This document shows, one piece after another, positions 1 to 15,230 of a DNA stretch of 64,000 nucleotides. The notes under the pieces were generated by a model, which was not told the DNA's origin, made no database searches, and saw only the letters and a list, made by a program, of their open reading frames with translations. Source of the DNA: Candidatus Rokuibacteriota bacterium (GTDB lineage Bacteria > Methylomirabilota > Methylomirabilia > Rokubacteriales > CSP1-6); NCBI GenBank assembly GCA_016184305.1, contig JACPCX010000179.1:11613-75612 (forward strand). The letters run 5' to 3'. The number at the start of each line of letters is the position of its first letter. The stretch's first letter is position 1. The position numbers were made by a program, and so were the translations under genes.

Positions 1-4032
<4,032 letters not shown>

Positions 4033-4037
4033 TGAGT

Positions 4038-4096
4038 CGCGAGCCGCAGCCGGAGGCGAGGCGAGCGGAGACGGAGATCCCCCGAGCGGAGCGAGG
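4038..4096 (+). repeat. Family B repeat, inverted relative to the copy at 3128-3187
   Basis: CGCGAGCCGCAGCCGGAGGCGAGGCGAGCGG+AGACGGAGATCCCCCGAGCGGAGCGAGG lies in the kdsA-kdsD spacer. It is a near-exact reverse complement of 3128-3187. Confidence 0.9.
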
Positions 4097-4105
4097 ACGT
4101 TCCTG

Positions 4106-5077
4106 ATGGACAGGGACAGGCTCCTGAGGCTCGCCGACCGGGTCCTGCGCATGGAGGCCTCGGGCATCCTCGCCCTCTGCGCCAGGCTCGACGACCGGTT
4201 CGTGACCGCCGTGGAGCTGCTCCGCGGCTGCCGCGGACGCGCCATCGTGACGGGCATGGGGAAATCGGGGCACGTGGGTCGCAAGGTCGCCGCCACGCTG
4301 GCGAGCACGGGCACGCCGGCCTACTTCCTCCATCCCGCCGAGGGCGTGCACGGTGACATCGGGATGGTGGCGCGGGACGATGTGGTCCTGGCCCTGTCCA
4401 ACTCCGGGGAGACGGATGAGCTGCTGGCGGTGCTCCCGCTGCTCAAGCGGCTGGCGGTGCCGCTGATCCTCCTCACGGGCAGCCCGTCCTCGACCCTCGC
4501 CCGCCAGTCCGACGTGGTGCTCGACGTGGGCGTCAGCGAGGAGGCCTGCCCCATGAATCTCGCGCCCACCTCGAGCACGACCGCCGCGCTCGCCATGGGG
4601 GATGCGCTCGCCATGGCGCTCCTCGATCTGCGCGGGCTCCGCCCGGAGGACTATGCCGCGCTCCACCCGGCAGGCAGCCTCGGCTGGAAGGCGCTGTTCA
4701 AGGTGAGTGACCTCATGCACGCGGGCGAGGCGGTGCCGGTGGTCTCGGAGAGCAGCACGATGAAGGACGCCATCGCCGAGATGACCGCCAAGCGGCTCGG
4801 GATGACGACGGTGGTGGACGGTCGGGGACGGCTCCTGGGCGTGCTCACCGACGGCGACCTGCGGCGTCAGCAGCTCCTGGGCGGCTCGATTCTCGAGCGC
4901 CCCGTCGCCGAGTGCATGACGCGGGATCCCAAGCGCATCGCCGGCGACGACCTGGCGGCCAAGGCCCTCTCGGTGATGGAGGCCCACGCCATCACGAGCC
5001 TCGTGATCGCCGACGAGGCGAACCGGCCCGCCGGCGTCATCCACCTGCACGACATCCTTCGCGCCAAGATCGTGTGA
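4106..5077 (+). CDS. kdsD: arabinose-5-phosphate isomerase (SIS domain plus two CBS domains)
   Basis: MDRDRLL... start. SIS motif VTGMGKSGHVGRK, with a CBS pair at the C-terminus. Confidence 0.9.
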   Translation: MDRDRLLRLADRVLRMEASGILALCARLDDRFVTAVELLRGCRGRAIVTGMGKSGHVGRKVAATLASTGTPAYFLHPAEGVHGDIGMVARDDVVLALSNSGETDELLAVLPLLKRLAVPLILLTGSPSSTLARQSDVVLDVGVSEEACPMNLAPTSSTTAALAMGDALAMALLDLRGLRPEDYAALHPAGSLGWKALFKVSDLMHAGEAVPVVSESSTMKDAIAEMTAKRLGMTTVVDGRGRLLGVLTDGDLRRQQLLGGSILERPVAECMTRDPKRIAGDDLAAKALSVMEAHAITSLVIADEANRPAGVIHLHDILRAKIV

Positions 5078-5595
5078 GGACCCCCTCGGCTCGCGCCGCG
5101 CGCATCCGCCTCCTGGTCCTCGATGTGGATGGCGTCCTCACCGACGGCGGGCTCCTCTATGGCGTCGGCGGCGAGGAGATCAAGCGCTTCGACGTCCATG
5201 ACGGCTGGGCGCTTCAGGCCGCCCTCGGGGCCGGGCTCGAGGTCGGGGTGATCTCCGGGCGCGCGTCGGGCGCGGTATCGCGCCGGATGGCCGAGCTCGG
5301 CATTCGCGAGGTCCATCAGGGGGTCGCGAACAAGTCGGAGTGTTTGCTGCAAATGATGGCGCGGCTCGGAATCAAGCCGGCGGACGTCGCGGTGATGGGC
5401 GATGACCTGCCGGACCTGCCTCTGATGAAGTCGGTGGGGCTCGCGCTGGCGCCGGCCAACGCTGTTCCCGAGCTCCGGCGCGCCGCCCACTGGGTGTCGC
5501 GCCGGCGGGGTGGGGAGGGCGCGGTCCGGGAGGCCATCGAGATGATTCTGGAGGTCCGGAAGGCCTGGCCGCCCCCGGCGCTCGAAGGCCGCTGA
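5074..5595 (+). CDS. kdsC: KDO-8-phosphate phosphatase (HAD family)
   Basis: GTG 5074 overlaps the kdsD stop. LVLDVDGVLTDG and GDDLPDLP HAD motifs. Confidence 0.85.
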   Translation: MRTPSARAARIRLLVLDVDGVLTDGGLLYGVGGEEIKRFDVHDGWALQAALGAGLEVGVISGRASGAVSRRMAELGIREVHQGVANKSECLLQMMARLGIKPADVAVMGDDLPDLPLMKSVGLALAPANAVPELRRAAHWVSRRRGGEGAVREAIEMILEVRKAWPPPALEGR

Positions 5596-5646
5596 GGGTC
5601 TCAGGCGGCCTTTCTTCATTGCCGCCCTAGGGGGGGCTGTGCTAGC

Positions 5647-6252
5647 GTGGTACTGAAATTGCATACCCAGCGATTTTCGCGCTATATCCTGGTCGGTGTC
5701 GCGCTGTTCGTGGTCGCCATCGCGACCGTCCTCGTCGTGAGAGGACGGGCGACGAGGACGCAGCGGCCCGAGATCGGCGCCACGACGGCTGACTACCGGA
5801 TCAAGGAAGTGCATTTGCAGGAGGAGTCGCGGGACGGCATGCGGTGGCAGCTCGACGCCGATCAGGCGGAGGCCTACGAGCAGCAGGGCAAGACGATGCT
5901 CCGGAAGGTGACGATCCGGATCCAGGAGCCGCAGCGGAGCTGGACGGTCACGGGTGACGAGGGAGAGCTGGCGCACGAGACGAAGAACGTGGAGCTCAGG
6001 GGGAACGTGGTGCTGATCTCGAGCGATGGACTCCGCCTGGAGACGACGCGGCTGCGGTGGGACGCGGCGCAGCAGCGCGCCTGGACGGACGACCCCGTCA
6101 CCGTGTTCCGCCCGGGTGCGGTGGTCAAGGGCCTGGGGCTCGACGCGCGCGTGGGTGCGCAGCACACGGAGATCAAGGGGCGGCTCCGGGCGACGTTCGG
6201 GAAGGGCCCGGCCGAGCCGGCAGCGCCGGTGACGGCGGGAGCCCGGCGGTGA
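5647..6252 (+). CDS. lptC: LPS export system protein LptC
   Basis: N-terminal TM anchor followed by a beta-jellyroll-like sequence. Position between kdsC and lptA matches the usual gene order. Confidence 0.75.
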   Translation: MVLKLHTQRFSRYILVGVALFVVAIATVLVVRGRATRTQRPEIGATTADYRIKEVHLQEESRDGMRWQLDADQAEAYEQQGKTMLRKVTIRIQEPQRSWTVTGDEGELAHETKNVELRGNVVLISSDGLRLETTRLRWDAAQQRAWTDDPVTVFRPGAVVKGLGLDARVGAQHTEIKGRLRATFGKGPAEPAAPVTAGARR

Positions 6253-6884
6253 GGCGGACGATGGCGGTGCTCGGGGCATGCGTCGTGCTCTTCGGGCTCC
6301 TCCCGGCTCTCGGTGAGGCCCAGAGCAGCCAGGGGCGGCGGCGGCCCACGCAGAGCGCGACGCCGAGGCAAAGGCCGGCGGAGGCGAAGCCCGCCCAGGC
6401 GGACGCCCCATCCGCCAAGCGGCGCGGGGACGACACGAGCGCACCGCTGACGGTGGACGCCGACCGGCTCGAGTCCATGCAGAAGGAAGGGCTCGTCATC
6501 TTCACGGGCAGCGTGATCGCCCGGCAGAACACCGCCACCCAGTATGCCGACCGGATGGAGGTCTATCTGGACGCCAGCGGCGAGCGGATCGCCCGCACCG
6601 TGTCCACCGGGAGCGTCCGGATCATCACGAAGGACTGCCGGACGGGGACGGCGAAGCGGGCCGAGTACTACGACGCCGAGCAGCGGGTGGTGCTCATCGG
6701 GGATGCGCGGGTGTGGCAGGAGGAGAACGTCGTCACCGGCGAGCGCATCACGATCTTCCTCGCCGAGGACCGCAGCGTGGTGGAGGGCGGCAAGCAGGAG
6801 CGGGTGAAGGCCGTGTTCTACCCGAAACGCGAGGGCCCGCAGGGCGGCGACGCCAAGGCGGGCCCCCGCGCTCCGTGCCCGTGA
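6249..6884 (+). CDS. lptA: LPS transport periplasmic protein LptA (OstA-like)
   Basis: Signal peptide [25 protein letters not shown], then an OstA-like repeat (DADRLE...VIFTGSV...A...Y). An alternative ATG start is at 6261. Confidence 0.8.
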   Translation: MRRTMAVLGACVVLFGLLPALGEAQSSQGRRRPTQSATPRQRPAEAKPAQADAPSAKRRGDDTSAPLTVDADRLESMQKEGLVIFTGSVIARQNTATQYADRMEVYLDASGERIARTVSTGSVRIITKDCRTGTAKRAEYYDAEQRVVLIGDARVWQEENVVTGERITIFLAEDRSVVEGGKQERVKAVFYPKREGPQGGDAKAGPRAPCP

Positions 6885-7606
6885 TGGAGGGACTCATCGC
6901 CCAAGGCCTGGTGAAGCGCTTTCGCAACCGCCTCGTGGTGGACGGCGTCAGCCTCGACATCCACCGCGGGGAAGTGGTGGGGCTCCTGGGCCCCAACGGG
7001 GCGGGGAAGACGACGTCGTTCTACATGATCGTGGGGCTCCTGCGGCCCGAGGGCGGCCGCATCTTCCTCGAGGGCCAGGAGATCACCGACCTGCCCATGT
7101 ACCTGCGCTGCCGGAAGGGGATGGGCTACCTGCCCCAGGAATCGTCCGTGTTCCGCAAGCTCACGGTGGAGGAGAACCTCCTGGCCATCCTCGAGACCAT
7201 GGACCTGTCCGCGCAGGAGCGCGCTGCCCGGCTCCGGGTGCTGCTCGCCGAGCTCGACCTGACCCCGCTGGCGCGGCACAAAGCCTACACGCTGTCCGGC
7301 GGCGAGCGCCGGCGGCTCGAGATCACGAGGGCTCTCGTCACGAACCCGCGCTACCTCCTGCTCGACGAGCCCTTCACCGGGATCGACCCCATCGCCATCG
7401 GCGACATCCAGGAGATCGTCGCGCGGCTCAAGGAGCGCGGGATCGGCGTGCTCATCACCGACCACAACGTGCGGGAGACGCTCGCGATCACCGATCGCGC
7501 GTACATCCTGTACCACGGCCGCATCCTGGCGTCGGGGACCGCCACCGAGCTCGCCAGCAACCCGAAGGCCCGGGAGATCTACCTCGGGGAGAAGTTCTCG
7601 CTGTGA
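6884..7606 (+). CDS. lptB: LPS export ABC transporter ATP-binding protein
   Basis: ATG overlaps the lptA TGA. Walker [10 protein letters not shown], signature LSGGERRR and Walker B LLLDEP. Confidence 0.92.
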   Translation: MEGLIAQGLVKRFRNRLVVDGVSLDIHRGEVVGLLGPNGAGKTTSFYMIVGLLRPEGGRIFLEGQEITDLPMYLRCRKGMGYLPQESSVFRKLTVEENLLAILETMDLSAQERAARLRVLLAELDLTPLARHKAYTLSGGERRRLEITRALVTNPRYLLLDEPFTGIDPIAIGDIQEIVARLKERGIGVLITDHNVRETLAITDRAYILYHGRILASGTATELASNPKAREIYLGEKFSL

Positions 7607-7622
7607 CGGCCGGGCGGAGCAC

Positions 7623-9080
7623 GTGACCATGCGACTGTCCCTCCGGCAGACTCAGCGCGTCGTCATGACGCCGCTCCTGCAGCAGGCGATCCAGCTCCTG
7701 CAGCTCTCGACGCTCGAGCTGAAGGAGGTCGTGGAGGAGGAGCTGCGGGACAACCCGCTGCTGGAGGAGGTGCCCACGGACGGCACGGACACCACGGCGG
7801 AGGCGCCCTCGGAGGACCTGGCTGACGCCCCGCCCGGTCCGACGACGAACGAGCCCGTTCCCAGTGAGAGTTCCGCCGTGGACCAGGAGCGGACCGACGA
7901 CCTGCCCTTCGACCTCACCTCGGCCGTCTTCGACCAGCCCGACGAGCGGACGCCGGTCTCCACCGAGGAGCGGGAGGAGCTGCCGTTCGAGAATCTCGGG
8001 CGGAGCGATGCATCGCTGGACGAGCACCTCAACGAGCAGCTCAGGCTCGCCGTCGCTGAGCCTGACGAGGTGGCGGTCGGGGAGGCCATCATCGGCAACC
8101 TGGACGAGGACGGGTACCTGCGGGCCGAGATCGCGGAGATCGCCGCGCTCACGGGCCGGCCGGCCGAGCTGGTCGAGACGATGCTGGGGCTCATCCAGAC
8201 CTTCGACCCCACCGGGGTCGCCGCGCGGAGTATCCAGGAGTGCCTGCTGCTGCAGCTCCGGGCCGACCCGGAGCCCGATCCCGTCTCGGTGGAGATCGTC
8301 GAGCGCCACATGGACGATCTCGAGCGCCGGCGCTATGCCGACATCGCCCGCGCGTTCAAGCTCCCGCTGGACCGCATCATGGAGTCGGTGGAGGAGATCC
8401 AGGGGCTCGAGCCGAAGCCCGGGCGCCGGTTCGCGGTGGCCGACCAGCGCTACATCGCGCCCGACGTGACCATCGAGAAGATCGGCGGCGACTACCTCGT
8501 GATCCTCAACGAGGACGGCATCCCGCGGCTGCGCGTCAACGCGCTCTACCGGTCGCTGCTACGGGGCTCGGCGGGGGAGGACAGGCAGTTCGTGGAGCAG
8601 AAGCTCCGCTCGGCCGTGTGGCTCATCAAGAGCGTCGAGCAGCGGCAGCGGACGCTTCGCAAGGTCGCGACAAGCCTCGTGAAGTTCCAGCGCGACTTCC
8701 TCGACAAGGGGGTGCCGCACCTGCGACCGCTGGCGTTGCGCGACGTGGGCGAGGACATCGGGATGCACGAGTCGACGATCAGCCGGGTCACGACCAACAA
8801 GTACGTGCAGACCCCGCAGGGGCTCTTCGAGCTCAAGTACTTCTTCCACAGCGGCATCGCGTCCATCAACGGGGACGTGGTGTCCTCCGTGTCGGTGAAG
8901 AAGATGATCCAGGACATGGCGGCCGCCGAGGACCCGGGCAAGCCGCTCTCCGACCAGGACGTCGCCCGCGAGCTCCACGCCAAGGGGCTGACCATCGCAC
9001 GCCGGACCGTCGCCAAGTACCGCGAGGAGCTGGGGATCCTTCCGTCGCACCAGCGCCGGCTGGCACGCCGGAAACGGTAG
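7623..9080 (+). CDS. rpoN: RNA polymerase sigma-54 factor
   Basis: N-terminal LQQAIQLLQLS region, acidic linker, and C-terminal RpoN box ARRTVAKYR. Confidence 0.95.
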   Translation: MTMRLSLRQTQRVVMTPLLQQAIQLLQLSTLELKEVVEEELRDNPLLEEVPTDGTDTTAEAPSEDLADAPPGPTTNEPVPSESSAVDQERTDDLPFDLTSAVFDQPDERTPVSTEEREELPFENLGRSDASLDEHLNEQLRLAVAEPDEVAVGEAIIGNLDEDGYLRAEIAEIAALTGRPAELVETMLGLIQTFDPTGVAARSIQECLLLQLRADPEPDPVSVEIVERHMDDLERRRYADIARAFKLPLDRIMESVEEIQGLEPKPGRRFAVADQRYIAPDVTIEKIGGDYLVILNEDGIPRLRVNALYRSLLRGSAGEDRQFVEQKLRSAVWLIKSVEQRQRTLRKVATSLVKFQRDFLDKGVPHLRPLALRDVGEDIGMHESTISRVTTNKYVQTPQGLFELKYFFHSGIASINGDVVSSVSVKKMIQDMAAAEDPGKPLSDQDVARELHAKGLTIARRTVAKYREELGILPSHQRRLARRKR

Positions 9081-9095
9081 CGCGGAGGCGCAACC

Positions 9096-9629
9096 ATGGA
9101 TGTGATCATCAGCACGCGGGGTCTCACCATCTCGAAGACGTACAAGGACGCGCTCACCCAGAAGATCCACAAGCTCACCCGCCTGCTGCCGACGCTGATC
9201 GAGGCGAAGATCGTGCTCTCCAAGGAGAAGCACCGGCGCACGGCGGCGCTCACGCTCGTGGGGAAGCGCCGGAACCTGCGCAGCGAGGAGACCGCCGAGG
9301 ACCTCGCGGTGGCGGTGGACCAGGCGATCGCGGCGCTGACCCGCCAGGTGCGCGAGACCAAGGACCGGGTCCGGAGCCACAGCAAAGGCCGACGGACGGC
9401 CCCGGAGGCCGCGGCCCCGGCTCCTGCGGCAGCGCCGGCCCCGGGGCCCGAGGGCGATCTGGTGGTGCGGCAGGTGTCGGCCAAGCCCATGTCCGTGGAG
9501 GAGGCGGTGGAGCAGTTCCGGCTTCGCCGCGACCCGTTCCTGGTCTTCACCAATGCGGGCACGGACTCCGTGAACGTGCTCTACCGCCGGAAGGGCGGAG
9601 ACCTCGGGCTCATCGAGCCCGTGCCGTGA
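9096..9629 (+). CDS. hpf: ribosome hibernation promoting factor (long HPF, S30AE family)
   Basis: GGAGG lies 7 nt upstream. S30AE N-domain plus a C-terminal dimerisation-like domain (KPMSVEEAVEQF...FLVF). Standard position after rpoN. Confidence 0.9.
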   Translation: MDVIISTRGLTISKTYKDALTQKIHKLTRLLPTLIEAKIVLSKEKHRRTAALTLVGKRRNLRSEETAEDLAVAVDQAIAALTRQVRETKDRVRSHSKGRRTAPEAAAPAPAAAPAPGPEGDLVVRQVSAKPMSVEEAVEQFRLRRDPFLVFTNAGTDSVNVLYRRKGGDLGLIEPVP

Positions 9630-10519
9630 CGCAGGTGCGTCCGCCCGCGGTCGACCACTCCGTGCGCTTCGTGATCATCACGGGGCTCTCCGGCGCGGGG
9701 AAAAGCTACGCGATCAAATGCCTGGAGGACCTCGGGTACTTCTGCGTCGACAACCTTCCGACGACCCTGATCCCCACCTTCGCCGCGCTCTGCGCGCAAT
9801 CGAGCCGCGAGATCAAGAAGATCGCCCTGGGCGTGGACGTGCGGGAGGGGGAGTACCTGGCCCACCTGCTGGAGATCCTCGCCGAGCTGCGCGGCACGGG
9901 GCACGTCCCGGAGGTGCTCTTCCTCGAGGCCGCCGACGAGGCGCTCGTGCGCCGCTACCACGAGACGCGCCGGCGCCACCCGCTGGCTGGCGACGGCAGC
10001 GTGCTGGACGGCATCCGCGCCGAGCGGAAGGCGCTGGCCCACCTCCGCGAGATCGCGGACCGCATCATCGATACCTCCGAGCTCAGCGTGCACCAGCTGA
10101 AGGAGCACCTGGTGGAGGCGTATTCCACCGGGCGGGACGGGGGCGCGCTGGCGGTCTCTCTGATCTCCTTCGGATACAAGCACGGCATCCCCTACGACGC
10201 CGACCTCGTGTTCGACGTCCGGTTTCTGCCGAACCCGCACTTCGTCGAGACCCTGCGCGCGCTCGACGGGCGCGACGCGCCGGTCGCGGAGTTCGTCTTC
10301 TCCCACCTGGAGAGCCGGGAGCTCCTGGCCCGGTTGCAGGAGCTCGTGCGGTTCCTCCTGCCGCTGTACCAGCGGGAGGGCAAGGCGTACCTGAGCGTCG
10401 CCGTCGGGTGCACGGGCGGGCGTCACCGCTCCGTGGCGCTGGTGGAGGCGCTGCGGGGTTTCCTCGAGGATCTCGGCTACCCGCCGACCGTCCGGCACCG
10501 AGACCTCGGCCGTGAATGA
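9626..10519 (+). CDS. rapZ: RNase adapter / nucleotide-binding protein RapZ (YvcJ family)
   Basis: GTG overlaps the hpf TGA. P-loop GLSGAGKS. C-terminal CTGGRHRSV motif. Confidence 0.9.
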   Translation: MTQVRPPAVDHSVRFVIITGLSGAGKSYAIKCLEDLGYFCVDNLPTTLIPTFAALCAQSSREIKKIALGVDVREGEYLAHLLEILAELRGTGHVPEVLFLEAADEALVRRYHETRRRHPLAGDGSVLDGIRAERKALAHLREIADRIIDTSELSVHQLKEHLVEAYSTGRDGGALAVSLISFGYKHGIPYDADLVFDVRFLPNPHFVETLRALDGRDAPVAEFVFSHLESRELLARLQELVRFLLPLYQREGKAYLSVAVGCTGGRHRSVALVEALRGFLEDLGYPPTVRHRDLGRE

Positions 10520-12617
10520 GCGGCTGCGCTTCATCTTCGGCGTCCACAACCACCAGCCCGTCGGGAACTTCGATGCCGTCATCGCCGAGGCGGTGGCGTC
10601 CGCGTACCACCCGTTCTTCGAGAGCCTGGCGCGCGCCACGGACCTTCCGGCCACCGTCCACTGCTCCGGCGGCCTGCTGGGCTGGATGCGGGAGCGTGCG
10701 GCGCCCACCTTCGACCTGCTGGGAGAGCTGGCGGCCTCCGGCCGGGTGGAGCTGCTGACCGGTGGCTTCTACGAGCCGATCCTCCCCATGGTCCCCGACC
10801 GGGACAAGGTCGGGCAGATCGGGCAGCTGAGCGAGTTCCTGCGGGAGAACTTCGGGGTCCGGCCTCGGGGGCTGTGGCTCGCCGAGCGGGTGTGGGAGCC
10901 CCACCTGCCGAAGGCCTTGTCCGAGGCCGGGGTCGAGTTCGTCGTGGTGGACGATCACCACTTCGCGCTGGCGGGGCTCGATCCCGAGACGCTGGGCGGC
11001 TACTACCTCACGGAGGAGCAGGGCGCGCGGCTGGCGATCTTCCCCATCAGCGAGCGGCTGCGCTACCTGATCCCCTTCGCGGAGCCCGCCGAGGCGCTCC
11101 GGTACCTCGAGGGGCGAGGCGGGGCGGGGAGCGTGACGCTGGTGGACGACGGCGAGAAGTTCGGGGTGTGGCCCGGCACGCATCGCCTCGTCTACGAGGA
11201 GGGCTGGCTCGCGCGCTTCTTCGACGCGCTCCGCGCGGCGCCGTGGCTCGATGTCTCCTCCTTCTCGAGGGTGCTGGACACGACGCGACCCCGCGGGCGC
11301 GTCTACCTGCCGACGGCCTCGTACAGCGAGATGGGGGACTGGGCGCTGCCGGCCGCGGCCGCCGAGGAGCTGGAGGAGATCCGCCAGCGGCTGAGGGCCC
11401 TGCCGGACGGCGAGCGGCTCTCACGCCTGCTCCGCGGGGGGCTGTGGCGGACCTTCCTGGTGAAGTACCCCGAGGTGGCCGACGCGTACTGGAAGATGGT
11501 CGATCTGTCGGGGCGGATCGAGCACGGGCTGCGGGTCCGTCCAGGGGACACCGATCTCCTCGCCGCCCGTGACTGTCTGTGGCGCGGCCAGGCGAACGAC
11601 GCCTACTGGCACGGCGTCTTCGGCGGATGCTATCTGCCGCATCTGCGCCGCGCCGTCCGCTCGGCGCTGATCGCGGCGGAGAGGCGCGTGGCCGCCGGCG
11701 ACGGCGGGCCGGCCCTGCGCTGGGAGGTCCGCGACCGGAACGGCGACGGGTGCATGGAGGTGCGCGTCTGCACGCCCGAGCTCACCGTGACCCTGTGCCC
11801 CGAATCCGGGGGGGCGCTCACCGAGCTGGCCTACCTGCCGCTCGCGATCGACCTCGCGGATGTGCTGACGCGGCGGCGTGAGGCGTATCACGGTCGCATC
11901 AAGGAGACCGAGGCGGCGCAGGGGGATGCCGGGGGGGGCGCGCTGAGCATCCACGAGCGCCTGGACGCGAAGGAGACCGGACTCACCCGGCTCCTCGAGT
12001 ACGACGCCTTCCGTCGCGCCTCGCTGCTGGACGGGCTCTATCCCGAGGCCGGGGCGCTGGACGCGCTCTCCCCGTGGGACGCGGCGCGCCTCGCCGGTCC
12101 GGCGCTCCGGATGGCGCACGCGGTCCGCGAAACCGATGGGGAGATCCGCGTGGTGTTCGGTCCCACGCTGGTGGAAGCCCTGCCGCTCCGGATCGAGAAG
12201 GCAGTCGCCGTCCACGGAGCAGGCGCGCGGCTGTCGGTCCGCTACCGGCTCGAGTGGGCGGGTGACGAGGCGCTGGTGGGGCGCTGGGGCGTGCAGCTCA
12301 ATCTGGCGCTCACCGCGGGGGACGCCCCGGGCCGCTACTACCGGTTGCCGGGGCGGCCCTCGCTCGGGAGCCGCGGGACGGCGGCGGGGCAGCGGGGCTT
12401 CGCCCTGGTGGACGAATGGCTGGGCGGCGAGGTGAGCCTGCACTGGGCCGTTCCCGCCGACGTGGGCTGGGCCCCCGTGGAAACCGTGTCGATCTCCGAG
12501 GCAGGATTCGAGCGCATCTATCAGGGGTCGTCGATCCTGCTGGCCTGGCCCGTGAGGCTCGCGCGCGGGGGGATCTGGGAGCTCGCGCTCGACGTCGTCG
12601 TGCGCGCGGTGGTCTGA
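10512..12617 (+). CDS. glycoside hydrolase family 57 protein (alpha-amylase / 4-alpha-glucanotransferase-like)
   Basis: GTG start overlaps the rapZ stop by 8 nt. N-terminal FGVHNHQPVGNF is typical of GH57. Length 701 aa. Confidence 0.8.
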   Translation: MNERLRFIFGVHNHQPVGNFDAVIAEAVASAYHPFFESLARATDLPATVHCSGGLLGWMRERAAPTFDLLGELAASGRVELLTGGFYEPILPMVPDRDKVGQIGQLSEFLRENFGVRPRGLWLAERVWEPHLPKALSEAGVEFVVVDDHHFALAGLDPETLGGYYLTEEQGARLAIFPISERLRYLIPFAEPAEALRYLEGRGGAGSVTLVDDGEKFGVWPGTHRLVYEEGWLARFFDALRAAPWLDVSSFSRVLDTTRPRGRVYLPTASYSEMGDWALPAAAAEELEEIRQRLRALPDGERLSRLLRGGLWRTFLVKYPEVADAYWKMVDLSGRIEHGLRVRPGDTDLLAARDCLWRGQANDAYWHGVFGGCYLPHLRRAVRSALIAAERRVAAGDGGPALRWEVRDRNGDGCMEVRVCTPELTVTLCPESGGALTELAYLPLAIDLADVLTRRREAYHGRIKETEAAQGDAGGGALSIHERLDAKETGLTRLLEYDAFRRASLLDGLYPEAGALDALSPWDAARLAGPALRMAHAVRETDGEIRVVFGPTLVEALPLRIEKAVAVHGAGARLSVRYRLEWAGDEALVGRWGVQLNLALTAGDAPGRYYRLPGRPSLGSRGTAAGQRGFALVDEWLGGEVSLHWAVPADVGWAPVETVSISEAGFERIYQGSSILLAWPVRLARGGIWELALDVVVRAVV

Positions 12618-12635
12618 CGGCCGCCTGGATTTCGC

Positions 12636-12664
12636 TTGAGGGCCGCTCGTCGGTGTGCTAACGT
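12636..12664 (+). promoter_or_regulatory. candidate sigma-70 type promoter for metK (TTGAGG-17-TAACGT)
   Basis: -35 at 12636-12641 and -10 at 12659-12664 with a 17-nt spacer, in the 93-bp spacer upstream of metK. Motif match only. Confidence 0.3.
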
Positions 12665-12710
12665 GGCGTCGCTGCGAACAAAAACGACGATTCCGCCAGG
12701 GAGGGAAGCG

Positions 12711-15189
<2,479 letters not shown>

Positions 15190-15230
15190 GTCCGGCCCCG
15201 AGCACGGGCCGAGCGAGGAGCACAGAGGCC

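Noticed and set aside
5604-5626. Hairpin GGCGGC-ctttcttcatt-GCCGCC after kdsC, considered as an intrinsic terminator.
   Set aside because: No U-tract follows; the hairpin is followed by CTAGGGGGGG. lptC also begins 20 nt later in what is normally one operon.
9058-9080. Sigma-54 promoter-like TGGCACG at the end of rpoN, upstream of hpf. Also TGGCAG at 25755-25760.
   Set aside because: The -12 element (TTGC, 5 nt after the -24 box) is missing in both cases (AAACG and TCTCT respectively).
12618-12710. SAM riboswitch (SAM-II/V-like GGAUUUCGCUUG ... AAGCG at the RBS) in the metK leader.
   Set aside because: The motif resemblance is short and recalled from memory. The candidate promoter (12636-12664) would leave only about 40 nt of leader, and the spacing does not fit the compact SAM-II pseudoknot. 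The possibility remains open and could be tested by cmsearch with the Rfam SAM-II, SAM-V and SAM/SAH models.
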